A DNA stretch of 64,000 nt from Acidobacteriota bacterium. Lineage in GTDB: Bacteria; Acidobacteriota; Thermoanaerobaculia; Multivoradales; J023. The notes beneath the pieces were generated by a model. That model ran no database searches. It was not told the origin of the DNA and saw nothing but the letters and a program-made list of their open reading frames with translations. Within the stretch, counting starts at the first letter, position 1. Every line of letters starts with the position of its first letter. The stretch is taken from contig JAJCXO010000208.1 of NCBI GenBank assembly GCA_029263395.1, positions 79,892 to 143,891 of the forward strand, in the 5' to 3' direction. This document shows, piece by piece, positions 39,831 to 50,083 of this stretch. The translations under genes were made by a program, and so were the position numbers.

Positions 39831-41918
39831 CTAGGGAGCAGACTCAACGTCGGTATTGTCGTATTTCGCAAACCAAGCCAGCACATGGGCCACCTTGGCA
39901 ATCAGTTGACTGGGACGCGCCGCGATATGGTGAGAGGCGTCTGGAATCTCGACCAGGGCAGTGTCGATCCGGCGCAACTTGAGGGCATGGTAAAGCTGCT
40001 TGGACTCGGACAGCGGCGTTCTGAGATCGGCTGTACCCACCATCACCAGAGTAGGCGTCGAGATGTTGCCAACCAAGGAGATCGGGGAATACTTCAGATA
40101 GGCCTCGGGGTTCTCCCACGGCGCTCCCGGATAACGGTAGTCGTGGTAATAGAAGTAGTTGTCCGCCACCAACGCCTTGCTGTACCAATTGATCACCGGT
40201 TTGACGACGGCCGCGGCGCGAAACCGGTCGGTTTTGCCGACGATCCAGGCGGTCATGATGCCGCCGGCACTGCCCCCAGTCACATAGAGGCGCTCTTCGT
40301 CGATCGAACCTTGGGCGATCACAGCGTCGACACCGGAGATCAAGTCGTCGTAGTCCTGGCCGGGATAGTCGTGGTAGAGCAAGTTGCCGAAGGTTTCGCC
40401 GTAGCCGGTGCTGCCGCGCGGGTTGGCGTAATAGACGACGTAGCCAGCGGCGGCGTAAAGCTGGAATTCGGCCGAGAAGCGATCGCCATAGTTGGTGATT
40501 GGGCCACCGTGGATCTCGAGCAGCAGCGGATACTTCTTGTCGGCCTGGAAGCCTGGCGGCTTGATGATCCAACCCTGGATACGCCGTGCATCGTGAGAGG
40601 ACTCGACCCAAATTTCCTCAACTTCTCCGAGCTCGCGATAGGCCAGCAGATCGTCATTGAGATCGGTGATCCGTCGGGTGTTCGTGCCATCGACGACCAC
40701 GATGTCGGCCGGGTGTTGTGAGTCCGTGGCGGTGTAAGCGAGGGTGCCCGAATTGGAGAACGTAAACGAGCCACCAGGGTACGGTCGTCCCAGCGACGTG
40801 CCACCCAAGTCCTCTGCCAGGACGGTGAGTTTGCCATCGAGAGTGGTTGTTGCGATTTTGGTCACGCCCTGATCGTGGTAGCTGAAGGCCAGGCCTTTGC
40901 CATCCGTGGTCCAGCGCGGCGCGGCGATGCTACGGTCGAGTCCACTGGTCACCAAGCGTTGGTTGCTGCCGTCGCGACGCATCACGTAGAGGCCGGTGAC
41001 CTGGTAGGTCTGGACCTTGTCTTCGTAGCCGAGATAAGCGATCCACTCGCCGTCTGGAGACACCGCGGGATGCCGGTCGGGTCCATTACGTTCGGTGAGC
41101 GGGCGGATCGTCGCCTGGACGGCGGCCGGGGCACCGAGCGCAACTTCATAAATCTCCGAGTTGATGAATTCGTACTCCCAATCCGGGTTGCGATTGGCGG
41201 AGAAGATCAGCGCCTGACCATCCGGTGCCCAGGCTAGCGGGCCTCGGTGGTGGAAGGACCCCGAGGTCACCTGCCTCGCCGTGCCGCCGACCGCCGACAG
41301 CACAAAGAGGTGGTGGTAACCCGGTTCGAGATACCCTTGGCCGTCGGCCTCGTGGTAGACCCGAGTGATCACTTTCGGTGGGTCTGCCCACTCGGCGTCT
41401 TTGGGCTTCTTGGGTGGCTTGACCAACTCTGGCGGTTTTTCGGTGACCAACATCGAGAACGCCAAATGGTTGCCGTCCGGCGACCAGGTGAGACCAGCGG
41501 GGCTCTTGGGCAACTGCGTGAGGCGTGCCGTCTGGCCGGTCTTCATCCAGCGGACAAAAACCTCGCTGCCCTCGTCACTGCCGGCGACGTAAGCAACACG
41601 GCTACCATCCGGTGACCAGCGGGGTGACGATTCCTGGCCTTCACCGGCGTTGAGTTTCCGATGGCCGGAGCCGTCGGTATCAACGATCCACAAGCTGGAT
41701 CGCCTACGGTCCTTCATCACGCTCATTGCGTTGCGCACGTAGACCACCTGTCGGCCGTCCGGCGAGATCTGGGGATCGGACGCATATTCGAGTTGGAAAA
41801 TGTCCGCTTCGGTCAGCACGTTGGGTGCGTCGGTTGCCGGGGAGTCCTGACCAGAGGCCGCGGCAGGGAAGGCTGACAGGATTACGATCACTAACAGGTG
41901 CACGAGCCGATGGGTCAT
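39831..41918 (-). CDS. S9-family serine peptidase (prolyl oligopeptidase / acylaminoacyl-peptidase type) with an N-terminal TolB-like beta-propeller. Secreted.
   Basis: Nucleophile motif TGGSAGG (GxSxGG). Propeller repeats (SPDG..VAY). The likely start is the ATG at 41918 (MTHRLVHLLVIVILSAFPAAASG signal); the ORF track extends to 41972. Confidence 0.8.
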   Translation of the reverse strand: MTHRLVHLLVIVILSAFPAAASGQDSPATDAPNVLTEADIFQLEYASDPQISPDGRQVVYVRNAMSVMKDRRRSSLWIVDTDGSGHRKLNAGEGQESSPRWSPDGSRVAYVAGSDEGSEVFVRWMKTGQTARLTQLPKSPAGLTWSPDGNHLAFSMLVTEKPPELVKPPKKPKDAEWADPPKVITRVYHEADGQGYLEPGYHHLFVLSAVGGTARQVTSGSFHHRGPLAWAPDGQALIFSANRNPDWEYEFINSEIYEVALGAPAAVQATIRPLTERNGPDRHPAVSPDGEWIAYLGYEDKVQTYQVTGLYVMRRDGSNQRLVTSGLDRSIAAPRWTTDGKGLAFSYHDQGVTKIATTTLDGKLTVLAEDLGGTSLGRPYPGGSFTFSNSGTLAYTATDSQHPADIVVVDGTNTRRITDLNDDLLAYRELGEVEEIWVESSHDARRIQGWIIKPPGFQADKKYPLLLEIHGGPITNYGDRFSAEFQLYAAAGYVVYYANPRGSTGYGETFGNLLYHDYPGQDYDDLISGVDAVIAQGSIDEERLYVTGGSAGGIMTAWIVGKTDRFRAAAVVKPVINWYSKALVADNYFYYHDYRYPGAPWENPEAYLKYSPISLVGNISTPTLVMVGTADLRTPLSESKQLYHALKLRRIDTALVEIPDASHHIAARPSQLIAKVAHVLAWFAKYDNTDVESAP

Positions 41919-42003
41919 ATCAATGTCTCCGTTGGTCCGTCGTCTACAACTTAACTTGGTGTTGCTCGCCATCCCGGCTCAGGTTTGCAGGTTCTTCGGC
42001 GGT

Positions 42004-43818
42004 TCAGTGTTCGTTCCGATAGACGACCTTGCCAGCGACGATCGTCGCCAGGATCTTGCCGCCCAAGAGGCTGCCGGGATTAGCTTCGCCGAGCGACAGT
42101 GGATCGATGTCCATTATCGTGACATCGCCCCAACGACCGGGGGCCAAGACGCCGGTGTGGTTTTCCCAATGGGCCGCGTAGGCCGACCACGAAGTGTAGC
42201 CGCGTAGCGCTTCTTCCGGCGTCATGGTCTGTTCGGGGTACCAGCCAGCCGCCGGTTGCTGTTGTTTGTCGCGGCGGGTGATAGCGGCGTGTAAGCCATA
42301 GAAAATGTTGTGATCCGAACCGCTGAGATCGGAATTGAAGGTCAGCCGAGCACCGGCCTGGCGCAGCGTCCGCCAAGCGTAGGCGCCGCGGATCCGTTCC
42401 GCGCCGACACGATCCTCAGCCCAGGTCATGTCTTCGACCGCGTGCGGCGGCTCCATCGATGCGATGACTTCGAGCGGGGCGAACCGTTGGAAGTCGTCGG
42501 GATGGATCACCTGTGCATGTTCGATCCGGTGGCGATGTGATTTAGCGGTTGAGTCCTCCGCCAGCACACCCTCGATGAAATCCAACGTTTCACGGTTGCC
42601 GGCGTCACCGATCGCGTGGATGCCTACCTGGAAGCCACCGCGCATCATGTCGGCGACCAGCTCTTCGTCGAAGCCATAGTCGTCGCCGCTGGTGCCTCGG
42701 TGCCCAGGCGTGTCGGAGTAGTCGGCGAGCAGGCGGGCACCTCGAGAGCCGAGGGCAGCATCGTAATAAGCCTTCACCGAGCGCACCGCTAGATGGCTGT
42801 CGATACCCGCCTGCGGACCCTTGGCGAGCCAGGTTCGGCACAATTCGGCATCCCGGGCCGACAACATGGCGTAAACCCGAATCGGTAACTCGCCAGCTTG
42901 CTCCAAGGCTTCCAGAGCCGCCATATGGTGACTCGCCGAGCCAGCCTCATGGACCGCGACGTAGCCGTCCTGTGCCATCCGTCGCAGGCCCGCCAGCACA
43001 TAACCCTTGAACTGGTCCGCCGTCGCCTCCGGCACCGCCGCCGTCAGCAATGAGCCCGCACGATTGAGCACGATGCCAGACGGTTCGCCACTCGCATCGC
43101 GCAAAATCTCACCGCCGTCCGGGTCCGGCGTGTCGCGGGTGATGCCAGCCTTGTCGAACGCCAGGCGATTACCCCACACCGCAAAGCCGTGTAATGACTC
43201 GAGCACCACCGGGTGGTTCGGTACCTGCCGGCTCAGCAACTCCATCGTCGGGTAACGATTGGCCCACGCCCCTTCATCCCAGCCCCGGCCAAGGATCCAC
43301 TCACCGTCGGGGGTTGACGCCGCCCGCTCCACCACCTTGGCGACAGCCTGTACCTCATCGGCGATGCCGATCAGATTGACCTGGACTGCCAACTCGCCGA
43401 GCCCGGCAACATGGGTGTGGGAGTCGACCAGTCCGGGCAGCACCGTGGCGCCGCCGACGTCCAGTAGCTCGGTGCCGTCACCGATGTAGGCTTTGACGTC
43501 CTCCGAGCTGCCGACAAACACAATCTCGCCATCTCGAATCGCCACTGCCTCGGCGTCCGGTTGCCAGCCATTTGCATCGTGCGGCGCATCGGCGGCCGGC
43601 GTGCCATCGGCGGCGGGTTCACCCCACGAGAAGGTGTAGACCCGTCCCTGAGTGATGACCACATCCGCCGCCTCGGATGACGTGGCGGCATTCGTTCCTT
43701 CCTCCGGCGCCGCACAGCCCGCCAGCGCCATCAGCAACCCGGCGGTGAACAAAAAAAGGGGGACCAGTGCGTGACAGGGCCTGCCTCCGCGAGTCGATTC
43801 GACGTGGCGCATCATCAT
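42004..43818 (-). CDS. Amidohydrolase-family (Amidohydro_3-like) metal-dependent hydrolase. Lipoprotein.
   Basis: Lipobox LLMALAGC-AAPE. Metal-binding VDSHTHV (HxH). Confidence 0.8.
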   Translation of the reverse strand: MMMRHVESTRGGRPCHALVPLFLFTAGLLMALAGCAAPEEGTNAATSSEAADVVITQGRVYTFSWGEPAADGTPAADAPHDANGWQPDAEAVAIRDGEIVFVGSSEDVKAYIGDGTELLDVGGATVLPGLVDSHTHVAGLGELAVQVNLIGIADEVQAVAKVVERAASTPDGEWILGRGWDEGAWANRYPTMELLSRQVPNHPVVLESLHGFAVWGNRLAFDKAGITRDTPDPDGGEILRDASGEPSGIVLNRAGSLLTAAVPEATADQFKGYVLAGLRRMAQDGYVAVHEAGSASHHMAALEALEQAGELPIRVYAMLSARDAELCRTWLAKGPQAGIDSHLAVRSVKAYYDAALGSRGARLLADYSDTPGHRGTSGDDYGFDEELVADMMRGGFQVGIHAIGDAGNRETLDFIEGVLAEDSTAKSHRHRIEHAQVIHPDDFQRFAPLEVIASMEPPHAVEDMTWAEDRVGAERIRGAYAWRTLRQAGARLTFNSDLSGSDHNIFYGLHAAITRRDKQQQPAAGWYPEQTMTPEEALRGYTSWSAYAAHWENHTGVLAPGRWGDVTIMDIDPLSLGEANPGSLLGGKILATIVAGKVVYRNEH

Positions 43819-43905
43819 GGTGGTTTCCTTTCGAGTCGCGGGTGGGGCGGGTGTTGGGCGGGAAACCTACCACAAGGAGTCCAGGCTAGATCAACGGGCT
43901 GGTTC

Positions 43906-45399
43906 TCAACCTCCGAACAACACGAACGGTGCCCAGGCATGAGGATGAGCACGATCGGGACGATCGAGCAAGCTGAGCTTGGCTCGACGCAGGGCGGCGG
44001 CGGGGGAGCTCGGATCTTGTTGTAGCTCGCGGTAGAAGATCGTCATCAGCTCGCGGGTGCTGGTGTCTGCGACCCGCCACAGGCTGGCGAGGAGGCGATC
44101 AGCACCGGCGTAGACGAAGGCGCGGGAGAGGCCGAGCAATCCTTCACCGCGGTAGAAGCGACCGAGGCCGGTTTCATAGGCGGAAAGGGTGACAAGGTCG
44201 GCCGAGAGGTTGAGCTCGACGATTTCAAAGGCTTGCAACAGCCCGTCTTCGCCGTCGTCGGAGTGCGACAACAGCAGGGCGGATTGGGATGGGATGGTGG
44301 TATCCACCAGGCCATGGGTGGCGAAGTGAAGGTAACGCGCCTGGTGGACGGTAGGGTCTTCCTTGAGGCGCCGCTCGAGAGCGTTTTCGGCGGTGTAGAT
44401 GCGGGTCCGCTCTGGCGGGAAAAGCTCGGCAATGGAGCGAATTTCGTCAGCACTGGCGAGCAGACGTCCTAGCCCCTTGGCTCCAGAGATACCGGAGCGT
44501 TTAGCCGCTTGGCGTGTTGCATCGCTGGGCAGTGGGTCGCCGAAGCCCATGAAGTCGACGGCCCAGCTGGGGTCGGTCGGGCGCAGTCTGGTGAGGCTGG
44601 CAAGGACGCTGGCCGAGGGTGCGTAGGTAACCTCCATAGAGCGCAACAGGAACGGCATCTCGGCGTAAGAGCTCGGTGCTGTTGCGCCGGCCGAACGTGG
44701 TGCTGTCAGGACCTCGAAGGCGGCGTGGTTGCGAGACCAGCTGGCGCAACGCATCCACTTGGGTTGCAAGCTCGGTCTCTCCGGGCAGGGGATAAACCGC
44801 CAGGTGGTTGCGGGTGAGGGCGAACAACCACGAACGGGCGTCTCCAACGTGGTATTCCAGCATGAGTTGGTCGTCTGCGAGCAGCGCTTAGGCGTCTGCC
44901 AGCGAGAGCGGCTCAGGCTCGAAGACCTTGGCGTAACGGGGCTGGTTCAGGCGCAGAGTCTGTTTGGCTCGCTCGAGCTCACCGAGGGTCGATTCGAGCT
45001 GGTGCCGCAGGCTTATAGCGTCTTCCGCGGTGGCTTGAGACAGTTCGCCTTGGTATTGCCGCACAGATTTTGCAGCTCGATCGCAACGTCGGTATCGAGC
45101 TGTTCGAGACGCAGGTGCAGCACGTGCTGGGCAGGCAGTTGGATCTGCCACTGGCGCTGGCCGTCCGGTGTCGCCTCCGGTCCGACGGTCAATAGGGAGT
45201 TTTTGCCGGGTATTGGCGGCTCGGGCGGTTTGGGGCGGGACGGGGTCTGAGGCCTTGCCTCGACGATCGAAACGAATCCCGGCGCGATCGCCGCCCACAA
45301 CAAGACGAGGAGCGCGACCCGCCAGCGTTTCACCGCGAATTTTCCGGTTGACGGTCGATGGCTAATTGATACTGCTCGATCTGGCGTCGTTGATCCCAT
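43906..45399 (-). pseudogene. Disrupted CHAT-domain (caspase-like) protease gene. It has one in-frame TAA (44888-44890), at least two frameshifts, and the catalytic Cys position reads Tyr (LSAYETG).
   Basis: Four overlapping ORFs (45013..45399, 44888..45298, 44501..44863, 43906..44847) together spell an N-terminal signal peptide and then typical CHAT sequence (...PLSLADA-stop-ALLADDQLMLEYHVGDARSWLFALTRN...; ...VTYAPSASVLASL...; ...YLHFATHGLVD...LVTLSAYETG...). The TAA lies in an otherwise continuous frame. Confidence 0.55.
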
Positions 45400-46160
45400 T
45401 CGAGCGCAAAGATCTCCAGAGTCACGTGTTCGACCCTGGAGGGGATCCTCAAACTGAGGGTGTACTCGCCCCGCGGATCGCGCTCCAGACCTTGTGCCGT
45501 CCAGAACACCGTACCGGCCTGGTCGCTCGCCTCAATCGCCAGCCGAGAGGATCCGAGATCTTGCTCCGAGACCAGAATCAGCACGACGCGATTGTTGCCC
45601 TCGGCCAATGTTACCGTCGGGGTTGGGATTTCTTCGCCGCGCAAAACACCATCGGCTGGCAACATCTCGACGATCGGTACGTTGAGTTGGCCGTCGGCAA
45701 TCCGGCCGGTGGTTTGGGGTGCTGTCGGCCCGTAAGCCTGCCACCAGACGAGCGACGCGGCGACCGTCGCCACTAGCGCCGCCGCTACCGCCGCCAGCCA
45801 AACGGTTCGCCGGGTTGAGGGTGTTGTTTGGGTCGTCGAGGGTTGATCCGGAACACGCTTAGGTGGTTGCGGCATCGACGTCTGAGGCATTATCGTGATC
45901 TCGCCCCGATCCACCGCGTTCACCAGCATGCGACCCTGACGCAACAACGCGACCTCTTGCCGCCCCGCCTCCGAACGTTTCAGATACGCTTCGATCAGGG
46001 TGCGATCTTCGTCGTCAAGCGCATCTTCGACATATGCCACCAGATCCTCCGCCGGTGGTTCTGCGGCATGCAACTGCCAGACCGTGCGACTTTCTTCCAA
46101 AGCCTCGCTAGAATAGGGTCGACTGGAGATACCTTCGATGACCAAGGTTAAGATTTTCAA
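45330..46160 (-). CDS. Hypothetical single-pass membrane protein with an anti-sigma-factor-like N-terminus (no zinc-finger cysteines).
   Basis: ...LVAYVEDALDDEDRTLIEAYLKRSEAGRQEVALLRQ... mimics the anti-sigma N-terminal helix pair. TM segment TVWLAAVAAALVATVAASLVWW. The start is unclear: 46160 is a TTG and the first ATG is at 45929. No sigma factor gene is present. Confidence 0.4.
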   Translation of the reverse strand: MKILTLVIEGISSRPYSSEALEESRTVWQLHAAEPPAEDLVAYVEDALDDEDRTLIEAYLKRSEAGRQEVALLRQGRMLVNAVDRGEITIMPQTSMPQPPKRVPDQPSTTQTTPSTRRTVWLAAVAAALVATVAASLVWWQAYGPTAPQTTGRIADGQLNVPIVEMLPADGVLRGEEIPTPTVTLAEGNNRVVLILVSEQDLGSSRLAIEASDQAGTVFWTAQGLERDPRGEYTLSLRIPSRVEHVTLEIFALEWDQRRQIEQYQLAIDRQPENSR

Positions 46161-46323
46161 ATCGTTCGAAGAAGAGAATGCAGCCGAGTATCGTCGGCGG
46201 GCGCGAATGACACCTGAGGAACGGCTCGCGGAGTTCGCTATAGTTCAGAAGCGAGCCTGGGGAGAGGACTGGGCATCACAACCGATCGTCAAGAAGGCGA
46301 CCTGGGAAAAAGTCTCTTGGTGA
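46138..46323 (+). CDS. Small hypothetical protein (61 aa), first gene of a three-gene overlapping operon.
   Basis: ATG preceded by GGAGAT. Charged helical peptide. It ends 8 nt before the nucleotidyltransferase gene. Confidence 0.35.
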   Translation: MTKVKIFKSFEEENAAEYRRRARMTPEERLAEFAIVQKRAWGEDWASQPIVKKATWEKVSW

Positions 46324-46330
46324 GCGATCC

Positions 46331-46780
46331 GTGATTTTCTCCCAGGAAATGAAGGACCTGGTCAGAATCTTCAATGCGCATGGGGTTCAATATCTTCTGG
46401 TTGGAGGTCATGCAGTCAATTATTATGGCTATGTCAGAGCCACTCAGGACATCGATTTTCTAATCTACCCGTCTGCTGAGAATGCTCCCAGAGTGATGGC
46501 CGCGCTCAGCGAGTTCGGTTTTGGCGGTGCAGGGATTCCTCAAGATGCCTTCACGTACCCAGGCACAGCAGTTCATCTTGGAGTAGAGCCCAACAGAATC
46601 GACCTGTTGACTCACCTCAAAGGGATTAGCAGCGATCAGCTGTTCACTAACCGAAAACAGATCGAGATCGAAGAAACTCCTGTCGAGATCATCTCTCTCG
46701 AAGACCTGATTGCAGCCAAGAGGCTCTCGAGACGTCTCAAGGATCTTGCTGACGCAGAAGAGCTTTCGAGTCTTCGATGA
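46331..46780 (+). CDS. Minimal nucleotidyltransferase-fold protein (Pol-beta superfamily, MNT-like, 149 aa).
   Basis: LLVGGHAVNYYGYVRATQDIDFLI matches the hG[GS]-x(9-13)-DhD nucleotidyltransferase motif. Its TGA overlaps the ATG of the next gene (ATGA). Confidence 0.55.
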   Translation: MIFSQEMKDLVRIFNAHGVQYLLVGGHAVNYYGYVRATQDIDFLIYPSAENAPRVMAALSEFGFGGAGIPQDAFTYPGTAVHLGVEPNRIDLLTHLKGISSDQLFTNRKQIEIEETPVEIISLEDLIAAKRLSRRLKDLADAEELSSLR

Positions 46781-47331
46781 TCCCAGCTGTGGTGCGGAGT
46801 GGCACTCGTGCCGGATGCCTCTCAGGTGTCCACATCCTCACCCCTGCGTTACCTTTTTGCGGTCTCTCCTTTACAGTGCCGCTGCCCCCGAGATCCGACT
46901 ATCCGAGAGATCTCTCCACTCTCGGGAACCACCTCAAGCGCTGTCGTCTGGATCAGGGCCTCTACCAGAAAGAGGTCGCCGAGCAGCTCGGTGTCTGTGT
47001 GCACACGGTCCGGAATTGGGAATCGGGGCAAACGGCGCCTGGAATCCGGCACTGGAGAGCTATCATACGGTTCCTGGGGTACGATCCGCATCCGGCGCCG
47101 AGGACGCTCGGTGAGCGGATCTTCGCTGCCCGCCGCCAGCTCGGTATGACGTACCGGGAGCTGGGCGTGGTGCTCGGTGTTCCTGCCGACGCGGCGCGAG
47201 GTTGGGAGGTGCACGGGTACGCGCCGAGGAAGGCGACCCTCACGCGGGTCGAGGAGTTCCAGAGGACGGTGCCGAGCGTGCGGTATTGGCGGGAGTCGCC
47301 GTCTTCTCAATCCAGGGCTAGTAACGGTTGA
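46777..47331 (+). CDS. XRE-family transcriptional regulator with two helix-turn-helix domains (184 aa).
   Basis: LSTLGNHLKRCRLDQGLYQKEVAEQLGVCVHTVRNWESGQTAP and a second HTH (LGERIFAARRQLGMTYRELGVVLGVPADAARGWE...). The start is fixed by the ATGA overlap with the upstream gene. Confidence 0.65.
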   Translation: MIPAVVRSGTRAGCLSGVHILTPALPFCGLSFTVPLPPRSDYPRDLSTLGNHLKRCRLDQGLYQKEVAEQLGVCVHTVRNWESGQTAPGIRHWRAIIRFLGYDPHPAPRTLGERIFAARRQLGMTYRELGVVLGVPADAARGWEVHGYAPRKATLTRVEEFQRTVPSVRYWRESPSSQSRASNG

Positions 47332-47456
47332 ATCTGTGGCGGCGGCGCTTAAGCTCTTCATCTGCTTCGCGATCGACCAGATCAGGTTCATAGTCTGAAG
47401 CGAGGACCTCGCATAGCAGCACGAGCCAGGAGCTAGAGCTTGCCTGAATGACCTGT

Positions 47457-48259
47457 TCAGTGAGGATCCATACGTCGCGCCGAGGAAGTCTTAATCCAGC
47501 ATCGAGCTAAGGGCAACTCCCGCCCGGCTTCGTCGGCCCCTTGTCGAGCTGCAGGGGCGCCGGAGCCATCGAACACCAGCGCGGCGCTGCCCGCGGTCAC
47601 GAGAGTCCACCCGACCTTCACCGGCTGTGTGCAACGCAGGGTGTGGAGCGCTTCGGCAGTATCCGAAGCCAGGGTACCCTTGACGACGCCCGCGGTCGCG
47701 TCTTTCCAGGTCAGGGCGTCGAGCTTGACAGTACGGGTTGTTTGGTTGGCGGGATCGATGACCTTGCCGGTCACCTTGCTGCCATCGAGTTTGAAGCCGG
47801 GATAGGCGGCGAGCCAACGTTTGGGCATCTGGATCTCGACCGAGTCGCCGAGCTTGATGTTCGTGTTCCAGTTCTTGATCGTCGCCCGGGTGACCGCGAC
47901 CCGCAACAGGCCGTCCTTGAGCAGGCGGCCCCCCTTGATCTCGAGCCCAATCTTCTTCGGCCCTTGGGCAGGATAGATGCGCGCGTCACCGGCGTAAACC
48001 TGTCCCTCACTGGTCCACACGCGAATGTTGCGATCGGCGTAGCCGTTGCTGCCGAAGCCCTCGGGCGGCGTGTCGACGCTGTCAAAAGTGGCGATGATGC
48101 CGCGCATATTCGGTAGTACCACGACGTTCCGGGTGTGCTGGCTGCCGAGGGTGACCATGGTGCTGCGCCAGAGGCGATCTCCTTCGACCAGAATCCTAGC
48201 GGGAACGCCGGTTTCTCGTTTCCATTGGACCAGTTTGCGGGGAGCAGGTCACCGGGCAA
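47457..48259 (-). pseudogene. Hypothetical high-GC gene apparently split by a frameshift near 48150-48190 (ORFs 47457..48158 and 47771..48259).
   Basis: Both ORFs are protein-like and overlap, and the downstream one reads through its annotated start. I do not recognise a family. Confidence 0.3.
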
Positions 48260-48442
48260 TACATTGGGTGGCTGCTTCCAAGTCTCAATTCCAGTCTAAG
48301 TGCATTATCATTGGTGAAGCGTTGTAGCCCGCCATCATGTGCTGGCCCGTTTCTGAGCGCCGGAGATTCTAAGAGGCTGCTGCCAAACAGGCCTCGACTG
48401 CCGTGAGGTTGCTCTACTTTCACTACGCACTCGGGAGGATTA

Positions 48443-48949
48443 ATGGGCGAGAAGTACAGTCGCCGGATACTCAAAATCGTAGGGTGGCTCACTGCCGGTC
48501 TTGCACTCCTCATAGGAGGTCTTCTCACACAGGTGGGCAAAAACCTCGGCGATCTACCGTTCAGGTCCACTGATCCACCGGCTGAGGAGACCCCTGACTC
48601 AACCAAGATTGGGTCATCTTTAGAACCTCCAGTCAAACAAAGCCCTTCAGGCACCACGCCAAGCGAGGCTAGTTCTCAGCTCCCGGAAGGACTCAATGTA
48701 GCAGCCCAGAAGATGATTGGATTTACCCTGGTTCTCGACTCCAATGCCGCTTCAACTATCGTTAGCATAGATGGAGAGCCAGCCCCGATCCACGAACAAG
48801 GACTCACCACTTTAAAAATCAAGGCGCCAGTTGGACCTCACCTCTTCACTCTTGACCGTCAAGATGGTTATTCTTGCTCCTTTAACCAAGTTGTCGATCG
48901 CTCGACTACAAGCATCAGTCCAAAATGTAATTGGGAGAAACGCCAATGA
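48443..48949 (+). CDS. Membrane-anchored protein with a Pro/Thr/Ser linker and a PEGA-like C-terminal domain. Low-GC gene.
   Basis: N-terminal TM (ILKIVGWLTAGLALLIGGLL). C-terminal ...STIVSIDGEPAPIHEQGLTTLKIKAPVGPHLFTLDRQDGY... fits the PEGA pattern. Clearly lower GC than the flanks. Confidence 0.45.
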   Translation: MGEKYSRRILKIVGWLTAGLALLIGGLLTQVGKNLGDLPFRSTDPPAEETPDSTKIGSSLEPPVKQSPSGTTPSEASSQLPEGLNVAAQKMIGFTLVLDSNAASTIVSIDGEPAPIHEQGLTTLKIKAPVGPHLFTLDRQDGYSCSFNQVVDRSTTSISPKCNWEKRQ

Positions 48950-49836
48950 TCCGGACGATTTTGATTATCCTCGCCCTCTTTTATCCCGCTCCGGCGGCCG
49001 CTGATAATATTTCTGCATACGTTTGGGATTTTGCGACACGTAAAGATGAACAGACGGATCTCTCCGCGAATCTAACACGAGAATTTGAAGAAGCTATAAG
49101 CTCCCTGAACTCTCAGTTCACCATACTGAACGGGCGAGATCCCAATCGCTTCACCAGTCATCGGGAGAACGTAAAAACAATACAAACACTTGTTGGCGCC
49201 TCGCAAGCGCTCGTCGATGAAATGAAGTCTTTTCGGGTAGATCAGGTCATTTTTGGTGAAGTGCATGATGACGTGGCAAGTGGCGAACTGGTTCTGACGG
49301 TTACATTCGAGACGCTGGAGGGAAAGAAGGTGCTCATCAAGAGCGGCTCGATGAAGCGAGGGCTACAGGCTGATCGCAATGCTCGCGTAGCGATGGTTCA
49401 GCGTATTGTAGATGCACTTGGTTCTAGGACACGAAATGTCGAACGCCTGTCGTCTGATGGCTTTATTATTGATCTTGTCGAATGTAGGCGGGCCTCTAGG
49501 GTGATTACTTGTAGCTTTACAGTTACGAATGACGGCGAAGATCGTGAGTTTTTTGTGTACAGCTCCAAGAAGACCAGGCTTTTTGATAATCAGAATAATC
49601 AGTTGAATCCTGCGAGCGAAAGGAGCTCTGTGGCGCTCGCCAATCAGATCCGGAATGCATCTTTTGGAACAAAGGCATTCTTGGCCGCGTCCGTTCCGAC
49701 GTCGCTCGCGGTTGCTTTTGACCAAGCGTCGACATCTGCTACCAAGATAGTTCGTTTAGATCTTGGATGCTGGGAGTCTGATCATGAAAAAGACTTTACG
49801 GTTACGTTTCGAAACATTGTTATTAAGCAAGATTGA
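48946..49836 (+). CDS. Hypothetical secreted protein (296 aa). Low-GC gene, translationally coupled to the previous one.
   Basis: The ATG at 48946 is preceded by GGGAGA and overlaps the upstream TGA (ATGA). Signal peptide MIRTILIILALFYPAPAAA. Confidence 0.5.
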   Translation: MIRTILIILALFYPAPAAADNISAYVWDFATRKDEQTDLSANLTREFEEAISSLNSQFTILNGRDPNRFTSHRENVKTIQTLVGASQALVDEMKSFRVDQVIFGEVHDDVASGELVLTVTFETLEGKKVLIKSGSMKRGLQADRNARVAMVQRIVDALGSRTRNVERLSSDGFIIDLVECRRASRVITCSFTVTNDGEDREFFVYSSKKTRLFDNQNNQLNPASERSSVALANQIRNASFGTKAFLAASVPTSLAVAFDQASTSATKIVRLDLGCWESDHEKDFTVTFRNIVIKQD

Positions 49837-50083
49837 CCTGGCGGGCTAACAGTGGCAGTGCCAGATATTGCCGTCTTCTTCTGAAGAGAGGCGCTAGGCC
49901 TATGCTCACTTGAATCGGAATTCTAGCCTGGGATGCGCTTGGCGCCATCAAACGCGGACCACGCGACAGTGGATCTACACAGTCCTGCCAGGCAAGAGCC
50001 AACTCCAACTCGGATTCGCGACCGGTACCGTTCGACGAGTTGGAGTGAGCAATGGCATTCGTGCCGTGGATCTCCCAAGTAGC

